DNA of 47,006 nt from a virus (lineage: Duplodnaviria > Heunggongvirae > Uroviricota > Caudoviricetes): the IMG/VR virus record IMGVR_UViG_2925903241_000004. The stretch is one strand, 5' to 3'. The position numbers and the translations under genes were made by a program. Below the pieces are notes generated by a model. It was not told the DNA's origin. It ran no database searches and saw only the letters and a program-made list of their open reading frames with translations. This document shows, piece after piece, positions 9,336-17,907 of the stretch; positions within the stretch are counted from its first letter, which is position 1; the number at the start of each line of letters is the position of its first letter.

Positions 9336-9518
9336 ATGCGAAAGTTTAAAATAATTATTGAAACGGGAATAGCCGGTGGAGATTTCGAGGATGAATTCGA
9401 AGTGGATGATGATGCGACGCCTGATGAAATACATGACGAAGCAAAAGATATTTTCTTTAACTACTGCAATTACTCATATCACGAAATAAAAGACGAAGAG
9501 GAAGAACAAAATGGCTGA
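9336..9518 (+). CDS. Small highly acidic protein
   Basis: 60-aa ORF, very rich in Asp/Glu (EDEFEVDDDATPDEIHDE...DEEEEQNG); a stem-loop (ggccgcccgaaagggcgg) lies between an AGGAGG and the ATG. Confidence 0.45.
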   Translation: MRKFKIIIETGIAGGDFEDEFEVDDDATPDEIHDEAKDIFFNYCNYSYHEIKDEEEEQNG

Positions 9519-9687
9519 TTTTGGTTCAACTAAATACAACGTCAGTTTTGAAGAATGGCATGAACTGTTAATGGACTATGCAGAGTTACGTGGTGGCAGT
9601 GCTGCTGATGCTGAAGCATGGCGTGATGATTATGAAGCAGGAAAAACTCCGGTCGAAGCATATTGTGATGAGTGGGGCGATGAATGA
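9511..9687 (+). CDS. Small acidic protein
   Basis: 58-aa ORF found by eye (below the track's length cutoff): MADFGSTKYNVSFEEWHELLMDYAELRGGSAADAEAWRDDYEAGKTPVEAYCDEWGDE; AGAGGAAG RBS; start overlaps the previous stop. Confidence 0.4.
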   Translation: MADFGSTKYNVSFEEWHELLMDYAELRGGSAADAEAWRDDYEAGKTPVEAYCDEWGDE

Positions 9688-9885
9688 GCGAGGTTAATTA
9701 TCAGGAAGGGCATGAAACGGCGGGGCAAGCAAAAACAGTGGCATGGCGATATCGCTACGTGAAAAAAAAGGCGTTACGGACTTTCAGGAGAAGTAGTGGT
9801 TGCGTATTACCGTGAAGGAGATCGGTGAGTAACATCGATGGAGATCGGTTCGTGTCACTTTCACAGAACCGTTTTTAAATTACCT

Positions 9886-10635
9886 TCACTGATCTCCTTC
9901 GGTCAACGGAGATTGTATTTTCCGCATTGATTCTCCTTTAAGTTCGATCTTGATACTGCCATGAACCAGTCGATCTAGGATGGCATCCGCATGTGTGGAG
10001 TCTCCGATCATTTTGTACCAGTTTTCCACCGGCAACTGGCTCACTACGATGATTGAGCCTCGTTGGTACATCAGATCCACTATTTCCAGCAGGTCGCTAC
10101 GCTGTTCTGATGAGAGAGGTTCCAGCCCCCAGTCATCCAGAAGCAGCAGATCGCTATTATTCAGCCTGGTCAAAAGTTTGCTGTATCTTCCATCAGCATG
10201 CCCCTGATAGCACTGTTCCATCAGCGCTTTAAGGCGATAATAGTAGACCTTGTATCCCTGTCGGCAGGCATTATGACCAAGTGCACATGCCAGGAACGTT
10301 TTACCGCTGCCGGTGGCCCCGGTCAGTAAAATATTTTGTTTCAGGGTTAACCAGTTTCCCTGACTGAGTGAACGGATGAGGGCCCTGTCCAGCCCTCTAT
10401 TGTTACGATAATCCAGCTTTGATAACTCAGCATTAAGTCTGAACCGTGCATGTTTGATCAGACGCTCTGCCTTCCTGTTTTCACGGCAGGTTAGTTCTTC
10501 TGCTGTCAGTAATGACAGGCGTTCTTCGAAGCCCAGCTCCTGGTATGTGCCCGGTTGAGCAAGTTGCTTTTTAAGCGCATCACGGAAGCCGGTGAGTTTA
10601 AGTGCGGTCAGTTGTTCGTAAAGATGATTCATCAT
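9886..10635 (-). CDS. istB: IS21-family helper ATPase IstB
   Basis: 249-aa ORF with Walker A (GATGSGKT) and DnaC/IstB-like layout; immediately downstream of istA. Confidence 0.9.
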   Translation of the reverse strand: MMNHLYEQLTALKLTGFRDALKKQLAQPGTYQELGFEERLSLLTAEELTCRENRKAERLIKHARFRLNAELSKLDYRNNRGLDRALIRSLSQGNWLTLKQNILLTGATGSGKTFLACALGHNACRQGYKVYYYRLKALMEQCYQGHADGRYSKLLTRLNNSDLLLLDDWGLEPLSSEQRSDLLEIVDLMYQRGSIIVVSQLPVENWYKMIGDSTHADAILDRLVHGSIKIELKGESMRKIQSPLTEGDQ

Positions 10636-10646
10636 TGGATCCCGTA

Positions 10647-12188
10647 TCAGTGGTAATACTCACTGCCGCGTACGTTTTCGTGTTCCATCGTGGATAACAG
10701 ATCTGGTTTTGGATCCTGAACAGGTTGTTTATCCAGACCTTTTTCCAGGATCGATTTAATACCTGACAGACGCCATACCTTTGTTTCCAGAGCTCTTGCA
10801 CATGCTGCATTAAGTCTGGCTTTACTGTATTTTTTATGAAGGTTCAGGAGTCCAAGGCAGAAGCGATAGCTTTGTTCCGGATGTGGACGAGAGTTCAGTA
10901 TATGAAGCACATAACTATGAGTTTCACTGCCTATGTGCCCCGCCCATTCCAGAAGACGCTCTGGCGTCCAGGTGGCATGCTGTCGATGAGCTTCAGGCAT
11001 GTGCTCGTTGCGGGTACTGTAGCCATAAGTACGCTTGCGCGGGTGCACAGCAACCTCCTGCCCCTGATTGAAGAGTCTTACCAGTTCTCCGGAGATCCAT
11101 GCTTCCAGTTGCTGGCCTAACAGCGAACATGGAACCGAGTAGTAATGTTTGTCGATTTCCACGTGGTAATCGGCATGAACTCTGACTTTCTTCACCAGGG
11201 TGTAACTGTAACTGGCTTCAGGAAGAGGCTTCAGTGCGGGTTTATCAAGCTGGATGAAGAGTTCTGCACGTGAATAACCCAACTTCTGCATTATTTTGTT
11301 ATTCAGTCTTTCCAGCAACTCCCGAATGCGCTGATTAAGCGATGCAAGGCTGTAGAAGATCTCATGCCTGATTCGGGCCATGATCCAGCGTTCAACAACC
11401 TGAACGCCAACTTCAGCTTTGGCTTTATCTTTCGGTTTACGTGGCCGCGCAGGCAAAACTGCGACATTATAATGCTCAAGCATCTGCTGGTAGGTAGGGT
11501 TAACGTCAGGATCATACTTACATGCCCTGGATGTGGCGCTTTTCAGATTGTCCGGAACAACAAGTTCAGGAACGCCACCCAACCACTGGAAGCAGCGAAC
11601 ATGACTCATCACCCAGTCTTCAAGCTGCTGAGACCAGGTGGCCTCTGCCCATGTGTAACTTGATGCCCCGAGAACAGCTACGATGACCTGAGCAGTTCTT
11701 ATTTCTCCGGTCTCAGGGTCGGTAACGCCAACGGTAGGTCCACAGTAATCAACGAAAAGTTTTTCGCCAGCTTTATGTACCTGACGCATTGATGGTGAAG
11801 TGGTTTTGAGCCATTCACGGTACATCCGGCAGTAATGGTTATAGCTGTAAAAACCGCCTGGATTACGCTCACAGTATTCTTCCCAGAGTAGCTGCAGCGT
11901 CACGCATTTATTACGCAGTTCCCGGTGTACTGTAGCCCAGTCAGGCAGAGAGTGCTTCTTCATCTTAACCTGGGTCTGAAGGAACGCATGTTTTAGTTTT
12001 GTATCATCCCATCCTGTAGGTAAGGGCCACTGCTTTATGCCAAGTTGAGCCGCCCGATTAGCATATCTGGATACAACGGAAGGGGAGATTGCAAGACTAC
12101 GACCAATTTGTCGATGGCTGAGTCCAACACCGTATTTAAGCCTAAGAATTTCTTTAAGTTTTCTCATAGAAATTGGAACTGTTGGCAT
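10647..12188 (-). CDS. istA: IS21-family transposase IstA
   Basis: 513-aa ORF with N-terminal HTH and DDE integrase-core-like region; paired with istB as in IS21-family elements. Confidence 0.9.
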   Translation of the reverse strand: MPTVPISMRKLKEILRLKYGVGLSHRQIGRSLAISPSVVSRYANRAAQLGIKQWPLPTGWDDTKLKHAFLQTQVKMKKHSLPDWATVHRELRNKCVTLQLLWEEYCERNPGGFYSYNHYCRMYREWLKTTSPSMRQVHKAGEKLFVDYCGPTVGVTDPETGEIRTAQVIVAVLGASSYTWAEATWSQQLEDWVMSHVRCFQWLGGVPELVVPDNLKSATSRACKYDPDVNPTYQQMLEHYNVAVLPARPRKPKDKAKAEVGVQVVERWIMARIRHEIFYSLASLNQRIRELLERLNNKIMQKLGYSRAELFIQLDKPALKPLPEASYSYTLVKKVRVHADYHVEIDKHYYSVPCSLLGQQLEAWISGELVRLFNQGQEVAVHPRKRTYGYSTRNEHMPEAHRQHATWTPERLLEWAGHIGSETHSYVLHILNSRPHPEQSYRFCLGLLNLHKKYSKARLNAACARALETKVWRLSGIKSILEKGLDKQPVQDPKPDLLSTMEHENVRGSEYYH

Positions 12189-12759
12189 AGGTATCCTTTA
12201 CCGGAATGGCAAAAGATACAGATCAACACACCTGTGAAGTTCCAATAACATTGATGGAGATCACTGAATAACAAAATGAGTCAAAAGTGATCTCCATCGA
12301 TGTTATTCAGCGATCTGTTCAAATGTTATTACCCGATCTCGATGGAAGTTATTGAGTGATCTCCTTTCATGAAAATACGCAGTAGTGGTCTGGTGACTGG
12401 AAATATGTACCGAAAAAAGAGGATTGTAACGACAGGCCGAACTATGAAATTCAGGCCTTATTCACTGCCCCGCCAGTCCCGGTTACATCAGAAGAACTGG
12501 TTAAAGCTGTGCACTTTTATGAACAACTAAAACGCGAAAATCCACCAGCATCCGGAAACCTGATTACAGATTCCCAGATAAGGCAATGAGCTACCTGGCG
12601 CAGAACGGGCTGATAAGTATGGGGAATGTTTTACGATGAATATTTAGACTAAAGAGTTTGTAACGCTATGTAAGTGATTTTTTCTGGTTTAGATATTTAT
12701 ATGTTCGGCCAAATTGAGGTGTGTTTAAATGTAATTGCACATTGATTGTAGGAGGAATA

Positions 12760-12939
12760 ATGAAAAACGCATTGCAGTTTTTGTTTGTTGCGTTCTGGTT
12801 GTTCGTATCATGTATGCCCATCATCTTCACAGCAAGGTATATGGAAAAAGTTGATGTTTTGATATTAATATTTGGATATATAAATGCCCTTTTTTTAGGG
12901 GTGTTCATGGCGGTCATGTGCATTGAATACTGGCGGTAA
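12760..12939 (+). CDS. Small membrane protein (two predicted TM helices) in AT-rich moron
   Basis: 59-aa ORF from ATG 12760 with AGGAGG RBS; strongly hydrophobic; local GC clearly lower than the flanking prophage DNA. Confidence 0.45.
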   Translation: MKNALQFLFVAFWLFVSCMPIIFTARYMEKVDVLILIFGYINALFLGVFMAVMCIEYWR

Positions 12940-13198
12940 ATACAGCGAACGCCATTGGTTTAGTTGGATATTTACTGTGCCGGACAAAAACGGTTTGCGG
13001 GGAAATCTTAGTTAAGTAGAATGACTGCGGGTGCTTGAGGCTATCTGTCTCAGGCATGAACACCAAAAGGCAGATAGAGAAAAGCCCCAGTTAACATTAC
13101 GCGTCCTGCAAGACGCTTAACATTAATCTGAGGCTCAATCTATGAACGGCAAATCTAGGTTAGCCTCTTACGTGCCGAAAGGCAAGGAGAAGCAGGCT

Positions 13199-13354
13199 AT
13201 GAAGCAGCAAAAGGCGATGTTAATCGCCCTGATCGTCATCTGTTTAACCGTCATTGTGACGGCACTGGTAACGAGGAAAGACCTCTGCGAGGTACGAATC
13301 CGAACCGGCCAGACGGAGGTCGCTGTCTTCACAGCTTACGAACCTGAGGAGTAA
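13199..13354 (+). CDS. hok: Hok/Gef-family type I toxin (HokD/RelF-like)
   Basis: 51-aa product MKQQKAMLIALIVICLTVIVTALVTRKDLCEVRIRTGQTEVAVFTAYEPEE matches the Hok family; AGGAGA RBS; an in-frame upstream extension (from 13142) is open. Confidence 0.85.
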   Translation: MKQQKAMLIALIVICLTVIVTALVTRKDLCEVRIRTGQTEVAVFTAYEPEE

Positions 13355-13521
13355 GAGACCTGGCGGGGGAGAAATCCCTCGCCACCTCTGATGTGTCAGG
13401 CATCCTCAACGCACCCGCACGTAACCCGCTTCGGCGGGTTTTGTTTTTTCCTGGCATTCTGGTTTACAATTCGCACGCCAGCCTGAACAACTGGCACCTG
13501 CTGCGCCAGCAGAGACAACCG

Positions 13522-13800
13522 ATGGCGCACGATACCAAATTACACAATTCTAATGATTCTGCCGTCTTTGCCAGTAGGTGCGGACGGCGTTTTCACGCAT
13601 TCAAATCAGACTGGTTCCAGCATCCTCCATGCACTGAAGAGCAGGCGGAATGGATAATTCAGTGTTACCGCAGGCGCGGATACGAGGTTAAGAAAGCTCT
13701 TAGCCTCGACTACCGTCACTGGATAATCTCAGTCAGACTCCCTTACTCCGAACGCCCACCGCGTTCATCCCGCACATACCAGCAACGGATCTGGAGGTAA
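13522..13800 (+). CDS. Hypothetical protein (Rem-like position between hok and DUF968)
   Basis: ORF open from 13393; first ATG at 13522 gives 92 aa; start codon uncertain (no clear RBS); gene order hok - small gene - DUF968 - Q mirrors Qin hokD-rem-ydfU-quuQ. Confidence 0.4.
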   Translation: MAHDTKLHNSNDSAVFASRCGRRFHAFKSDWFQHPPCTEEQAEWIIQCYRRRGYEVKKALSLDYRHWIISVRLPYSERPPRSSRTYQQRIWR

Positions 13801-13801
13801 C

Positions 13802-14860
13802 GTGCGGATATTACTTCGACCTGTTCTGGTACCGGAACTCGGGCTGGTGGTCCTTAGGCCGGGCCGTGAATCCATGCAAGTATTTCATAACCCTCGAGTG
13901 CTGGTGGAGCCTGAACCGAAAAGCATGCGCGGTCTGCCGTCCGGAGTCGTCCCTGCCGTTCGCCAGCCGCTGGCGGAGGATAAATCATTACTGCCATTTT
14001 TCAGCGATGATCGGGTGATTCGTGCTGCTGGCGGCGCTGGGGCACTGTCTGACTGGCTGTTGCGTCATGTCAAATCCTGCCAGTGGCCTCATGGTGACTA
14101 TCATCACAGTGAAACCGTCATTCACCGTTACGGTACCGGCGCGATGGTGTTGTGCTGGCACTGTGACAACCAGTTGCGGGACCAGACATCAGAATCACTC
14201 GGGCAACTTGCTCATCAAAACTTGTCAGCATGGATGATTGACGTCATCCGTCACGCAATCAGCGGTACGCAGGAGAGGGAGTTATCGCTGGCCGAATTAT
14301 CCTGGTGGGCGGTCTGCAATCAGGTGGCTGATGCGCTTCCGGAGTCTGTATTGTGTCGTTCACTGGGATTACCGGTGGAAAAAATCCGCTCCGTATACCG
14401 TGAGAGTGACATCGTACCGGGAGAACAGACTGCCACCAGCATACTGAAGCAGCGCACAAAAAATATTGCGCTGCCACTTCACGTCCACCAGCAACAGCCC
14501 CCACTCCAGGAAAAGACGTTAGTAAGCATCGCCGTTGATCCGGAGTCTCCGGTTCAGTATCTCCAGCGCCAGAAACCACAACGGGAAGAGATGCCTGTAT
14601 ACACGCGCTGGGTAAAAACGCAGAAATGCATGACGTGCGGTAATCAGGCAGATGATCCGCATCACATCATTGGTCATGGCCTGGGAGGTATGGGAACAAA
14701 GGCTGATGATTTGTTTGTTATTCCGCTGTGCCGTAAATGTCATAACGAACTGCACGCCGGGGTAAAAGATTTTGAAGAAAAACACGGCAGCCAGCTGTTG
14801 TTGCTGATTCGTTTTTTAATGCACGCGAGAAATTCGGGTGTCCTGAAGTGGAAAGCATGA
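13802..14860 (+). CDS. DUF968-family prophage protein (YdfU-like) with C-terminal HNH-like Cys/His motif
   Basis: 352-aa ORF with GTG start overlapping the previous stop; C-terminal CMTCG...PHHIIGHG...CRKCHNELH resembles an HNH/zinc-binding motif. Confidence 0.7.
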   Translation: MRILLRPVLVPELGLVVLRPGRESMQVFHNPRVLVEPEPKSMRGLPSGVVPAVRQPLAEDKSLLPFFSDDRVIRAAGGAGALSDWLLRHVKSCQWPHGDYHHSETVIHRYGTGAMVLCWHCDNQLRDQTSESLGQLAHQNLSAWMIDVIRHAISGTQERELSLAELSWWAVCNQVADALPESVLCRSLGLPVEKIRSVYRESDIVPGEQTATSILKQRTKNIALPLHVHQQQPPLQEKTLVSIAVDPESPVQYLQRQKPQREEMPVYTRWVKTQKCMTCGNQADDPHHIIGHGLGGMGTKADDLFVIPLCRKCHNELHAGVKDFEEKHGSQLLLLIRFLMHARNSGVLKWKA

Positions 14861-15241
14861 ATGACTGAACGCATAGAATTTGTTTTGCCTTACCCGCCGA
14901 CGGTGAATACCTACTGGCGACGTCATGGCAATACGTATTTCATCTCGGAGGCCGGAAAGCGTTATCGCCGTGATGTGGCGCTAATTGTTCGCCAGCAGCG
15001 GCTGAAATTAAACCTGTCCGGAAGGCTGGCGATAAAGGTGATTGCAGAGCCACCGGATAAGCGTCGTCGCGACCTGGACAATATCCTGAAAGCACCGCTG
15101 GATGCGCTGACGCATGCGGGAGTGTTAATGGACGATGAGCAGTTTGATGAAATCAATATCGTTCGTGGTCAGCCAGTATCTGGTGGACGTCTGGGGGTGA
15201 AGATTTACCCCATAATGCATGAAGAGCAGGTCAAAAAATGA
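14861..15241 (+). CDS. rusA: Holliday junction resolvase RusA
   Basis: 126-aa ORF; LPYPPTVNTYWR ... RRRDLDN motifs match the RusA family; start immediately follows the previous stop. Confidence 0.8.
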   Translation: MTERIEFVLPYPPTVNTYWRRHGNTYFISEAGKRYRRDVALIVRQQRLKLNLSGRLAIKVIAEPPDKRRRDLDNILKAPLDALTHAGVLMDDEQFDEINIVRGQPVSGGRLGVKIYPIMHEEQVKK

Positions 15242-16059
15242 AACTGGAAGATTTACCGAAATACTACTCCCCAAAATCCCCTGGCCTGACCGATGCATCG
15301 GCCTCAACGTCAAAAGATGCGCTGAGTATCACTGATGTGATGGCCGCGCAGGGCATGACACAGAATCGGGCTGAGATGGGGTTTTCTGCGTTCCTGGGGA
15401 AAATGGGCATCAGTATGAATGACAGGGCGCGGGCAACAGAATTACTGGCAGATTATGCACTCAGTCGGTGCGATCGTGTTGCGGCGTTGAGAAAACTTCC
15501 GGCAGAAATAAAACCGTTAGTGATGCGCATTATGGCTTCGTACGCTTTTGAGGATTATGCCCGCAGCGCAGCGAGTAAAAAGCAGTGCCCTTGTTGCTAT
15601 GGGGAAAAATTTATTGAAAGCGTAGTTTTTACAAACAAGGTCCAGTATCCGGATGGTAAGCCGCCGGTATGGGCAAAGTGTACGAAAGGTGTGTATTCGT
15701 CTTACTGGGAAGAATGGAAAAAAGTCAGGGAGGTGGTAAAAGTTGCCTGTCCGGAGTGTGGCGGAAAGGGTGAGGTTTCCACCGCCTGTAAGGATTGCCG
15801 TGGGCGTGGTGTCGCCATTCATCGTGAAGAGTCGGTAAAACGTGGTATGCCTGTTATCAGAGACTGCCAGCGTTGTGGTGGTCGTGGCTATGAAAGACTA
15901 CCATCAACGGAGACATTTAATGCTATATGCGAGGTGACAAACCAGATAACACGCGCGTCATGGGAAAAAACAGTTAAGAAATTCTATGATGCGCTGGTGA
16001 CCCGGTTTGATATTGAAGAAGCATGGGCTGAGCGGCAGTTAAAAAAGGTAACTAGGTAA
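15238..16059 (+). CDS. Late-gene antiterminator Q-like protein (QuuQ-like) with CxxCxGxG zinc-finger repeats
   Basis: 273-aa ORF overlapping the rusA stop (ATGA); last regulatory gene before pR'/tR', the tRNA and the lysis genes; several CxxC pairs (CPECGGKG, CKDCRGRG, CQRCGGRG). Confidence 0.65.
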   Translation: MKLEDLPKYYSPKSPGLTDASASTSKDALSITDVMAAQGMTQNRAEMGFSAFLGKMGISMNDRARATELLADYALSRCDRVAALRKLPAEIKPLVMRIMASYAFEDYARSAASKKQCPCCYGEKFIESVVFTNKVQYPDGKPPVWAKCTKGVYSSYWEEWKKVREVVKVACPECGGKGEVSTACKDCRGRGVAIHREESVKRGMPVIRDCQRCGGRGYERLPSTETFNAICEVTNQITRASWEKTVKKFYDALVTRFDIEEAWAERQLKKVTR

Positions 16060-16065
16060 CAAGGT

Positions 16066-16094
16066 TGATTTTTCCGGAATCTGTGGTAAATTCG
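16066..16094 (+). promoter_or_regulatory. Putative late promoter pR' (TTGATT-16-TAAATT)
   Basis: -35 TTGATT at 16066-16071 and -10 TAAATT at 16088-16093 immediately downstream of Q; lambda pR' also uses a TAAATT -10 as I recall. Confidence 0.4.
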
Positions 16095-16141
16095 TCATAA
16101 TAATGGGCTTTTTATGCCTGACGTTAGAAGAGTTTCTACAA

Positions 16142-16170
16142 CCCGCCGCCGAGCGGGTTTTTTATTGCGG
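16142..16170 (+). terminator. Putative tR'-like intrinsic terminator
   Basis: CCCGC-loop-GCGGG hairpin followed by TTTTTTATT, about 50 nt downstream of the putative pR'. Confidence 0.5.
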
Positions 16171-16202
16171 AATTAATTACGGACCGTTATTATTCTACTC
16201 CC

Positions 16203-16278
16203 GGCCCTTTAGCTCAGTGGTGAGAGCGAGCGACTCATAATCGCCAGGTCGCTGGTTCAAATCCAGCAAGGGCCACCA
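16203..16278 (+). tRNA. ileZ: tRNA with anticodon CAT, tRNA-Ile2 (ileZ/ileX-like) by similarity
   Basis: 76-nt cloverleaf folded by hand: acceptor GGCCCTT/AAGGGCC, D-stem GCTC/GAGC, anticodon loop CTCATAA, T-arm GCTGG-TTCAAAT-CCAGC, discriminator A and encoded CCA. Confidence 0.9.
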
Positions 16279-16383
16279 TCACAAACCGCCATTAGCTTAT
16301 CAGGAAGAGCAGACGACACGATAACAGGGTTGTTGGTGCGGGGGCGGGTCCCCGATGGCGGTCCATTATCGGTATTCAGCGTT

Positions 16384-16450
16384 GTTAGCTCAGCCGGGCA
16401 GAGCAATTGCCTTCTAAGCAGCTGTGGTTGCACTCCTGTTGTTTCTGGTG
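16384..16450 (+). other. Degenerate tRNA-Arg(UCU)-like remnant
   Basis: TAGCTCAGCCGGGCAGAGCA D-arm and CCTTCTAAG anticodon loop resemble tRNA-Arg, but no acceptor 3' strand or canonical T-arm (GGTTCGAATCC) could be paired by hand. Confidence 0.3.
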
Positions 16451-16599
16451 GTGATGGTGGACTTCAGCAGCCGGATAATGTCGGTGCTGTCTGATGGTGT
16501 TTTGGTGGCGGGTGTGTGGTTGTTGCTTTCCCGTTGCTGAAAAAGAAAGCATCAGGCGATTAGCAGGGTATCAGTTACCCGTTGAAATTTTTAAATACC

Positions 16600-16820
16600 T
16601 CACAATTCCACAGCTTGATGATTGTCTGGCTGCCGGAGAATTTGTTAAAAATTACATCGCATGGTGAATCCCCCTCAGCGGCGGGGCATCTGGCAAAGTG
16701 TATGATCCAGAGAACATGCAAATTCAGTAGACAGGCTGAATTTACCGGGAGGCCCCTGGCACCATGCGACAGACAGAAATTAGGCTATACTTCAGCCCCT
16801 CTCCGGAGGGGCTTTTCTGT
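16600..16820 (+). repeat. Repeat unit A (promoter-like element ... strong terminator)
   Basis: Shares with unit B the blocks attgtctggc..cgg.ga.tttgttaaaaa..cgcatggtgaatccccct, gaattcaccgggaggc.cc.ggcaccatgc and terminal cagcccctctccggaggggct hairpin plus T-run. Confidence 0.5.
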
Positions 16821-17069
16821 GCAGGATGTGTCACAGTTTCCTGAATTCTGAGTACTGTCCTGTTACTCAGGGTGCTATATTTTCTGACGTGATGAAAGTC
16901 TGCCGGAAGGCGGAACGTATCGGAAATGACCCAGTAGAGAAAACGTTGACTCAGATACCGATGCTGAGTTACCGGGAAACCGGCATCACATGACCGCTAT
17001 CCTTCCAGGCTCGCTCCGGCGGGCCTTTTTACTGCAGAAAACAGTTTTCCCGTAAAATGCCACGTTGCT

Positions 17070-17285
17070 CATAATTCAGGCTGGCGATTATTGTCTGGCC
17101 GGCGGGAAGTTTGTTAAAAAATTTCGCATGGTGAATCCCCCTGTGCGGAGGGGTAATCAGCGAGTAGGTATATGGGATAATCGCGGATTCAGGTGCTGGT
17201 ACTGAATTCACCGGGAGGCACCCGGCACCATGCAATGGCACATAGCGCCACTCTCCAGCCCCTCTCCGGAGGGGCTGTTTATATT
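17070..17285 (+). repeat. Repeat unit B (second diverged copy of unit A)
   Basis: Same conserved blocks as unit A with different internal sequence; ends in an identical GCCCCTC-TCCG-GAGGGGC hairpin at 17258-17282. Confidence 0.5.
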
Positions 17286-17311
17286 GATTTTGTCAGATGT
17301 GAGTAAACTCC

Positions 17312-17647
17312 TTATGGACTTTGTTGTTTTAGTCCATAAGGACATATTTGCAGAATGCAACGGTTATTAAAGCATTCATTCAATACGTTATCTGTATTTG
17401 TAGGGCATTCCTGGCTGTTTTTGATTAAATTCCAGAATGTTTTATTGAATGGTACTACGTTGTAAATGGTTACAGGTAGCACTTTGTTATTGAGCATGAT
17501 ACCTGTGTGAGTCAGTGTAAATATACTTTCAGGAGGTAAGAAAGCATCCGATTGATACCAGATTATTAATTTTACTTTACTCCATATGACTGAAAAAGAT
17601 ATTCCGCATGATGGCTGGATAACTGTATCAATTACAATCCACTTCAT
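17312..17647 (-). CDS. Hypothetical Cys-rich protein encoded in AT-rich moron
   Basis: 111-aa ORF; ATG at 17647 preceded by AAGGAAG; low GC by eye (~35%) against ~50% flanks; six Cys concentrated in the C-terminal half; transcribed opposite to the late operon. Confidence 0.45.
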   Translation of the reverse strand: MKWIVIDTVIQPSCGISFSVIWSKVKLIIWYQSDAFLPPESIFTLTHTGIMLNNKVLPVTIYNVVPFNKTFWNLIKNSQECPTNTDNVLNECFNNRCILQICPYGLKQQSP

Positions 17648-17907
17648 TTAGCTTCCTTGTTTATGCCTTGCTGGTGATGTTCTGAAAAGTATAAATGATA
17701 TTTTTGAATATAAACCATAGAGCAGAATTATTTTTCTGATGTTGTTTATTGTTTATTTAAATGCAGGGTGGTTTATATCTCGTCTTGTAGTTTATCCATG
17801 CATATCTGCTTGATGATCAGGTTTCTATTTAAGGTATGGTTTTGTGTTTTTTCTGTGTTACATGTCTGGTATTTTAAAGAATTATTTTTCAGATGGTGGA
17901 AAGAACC

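Larger units (their letters stand above)
9801..12380 (-). mobile_element. IS21-family insertion sequence (istA-istB) with 9-bp target site duplication AGTAGTGGT
   Basis: About 2.58 kb; imperfect terminal inverted repeats (left tGCGTATTaccgTGAAGGAGATC; right end reverse-complemented GCGTATTttcaTGAAAGGAGATC) plus internal GATGGAGATC repeats at both ends; direct repeat agtagtggt at 9792-9800 and 12381-12389. Confidence 0.8.

Noticed and set aside
13142-13198. Longer 70-aa Hok protein starting at ATG 13142
   Set aside because: Hok-family toxins are ~50 aa and the internal ATG at 13199 has an AGGAGA RBS; the upstream extension is more likely leader or regulatory sequence than part of the toxin.
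16384-16450. Second, full-length tRNA-Arg gene downstream of the tRNA with anticodon CAT
   Set aside because: D-arm and anticodon loop (TCT) are recognisable but I could not pair an acceptor 3' strand or a canonical T-arm; kept only as a degenerate remnant.
16300-17900. Shiga toxin (stxA/stxB) or other known toxin genes in the Q-to-holin cargo position
   Set aside because: No ORFs of appropriate size or sequence; the interval contains tRNA sequences, repeat units and one unrelated AT-rich ORF.
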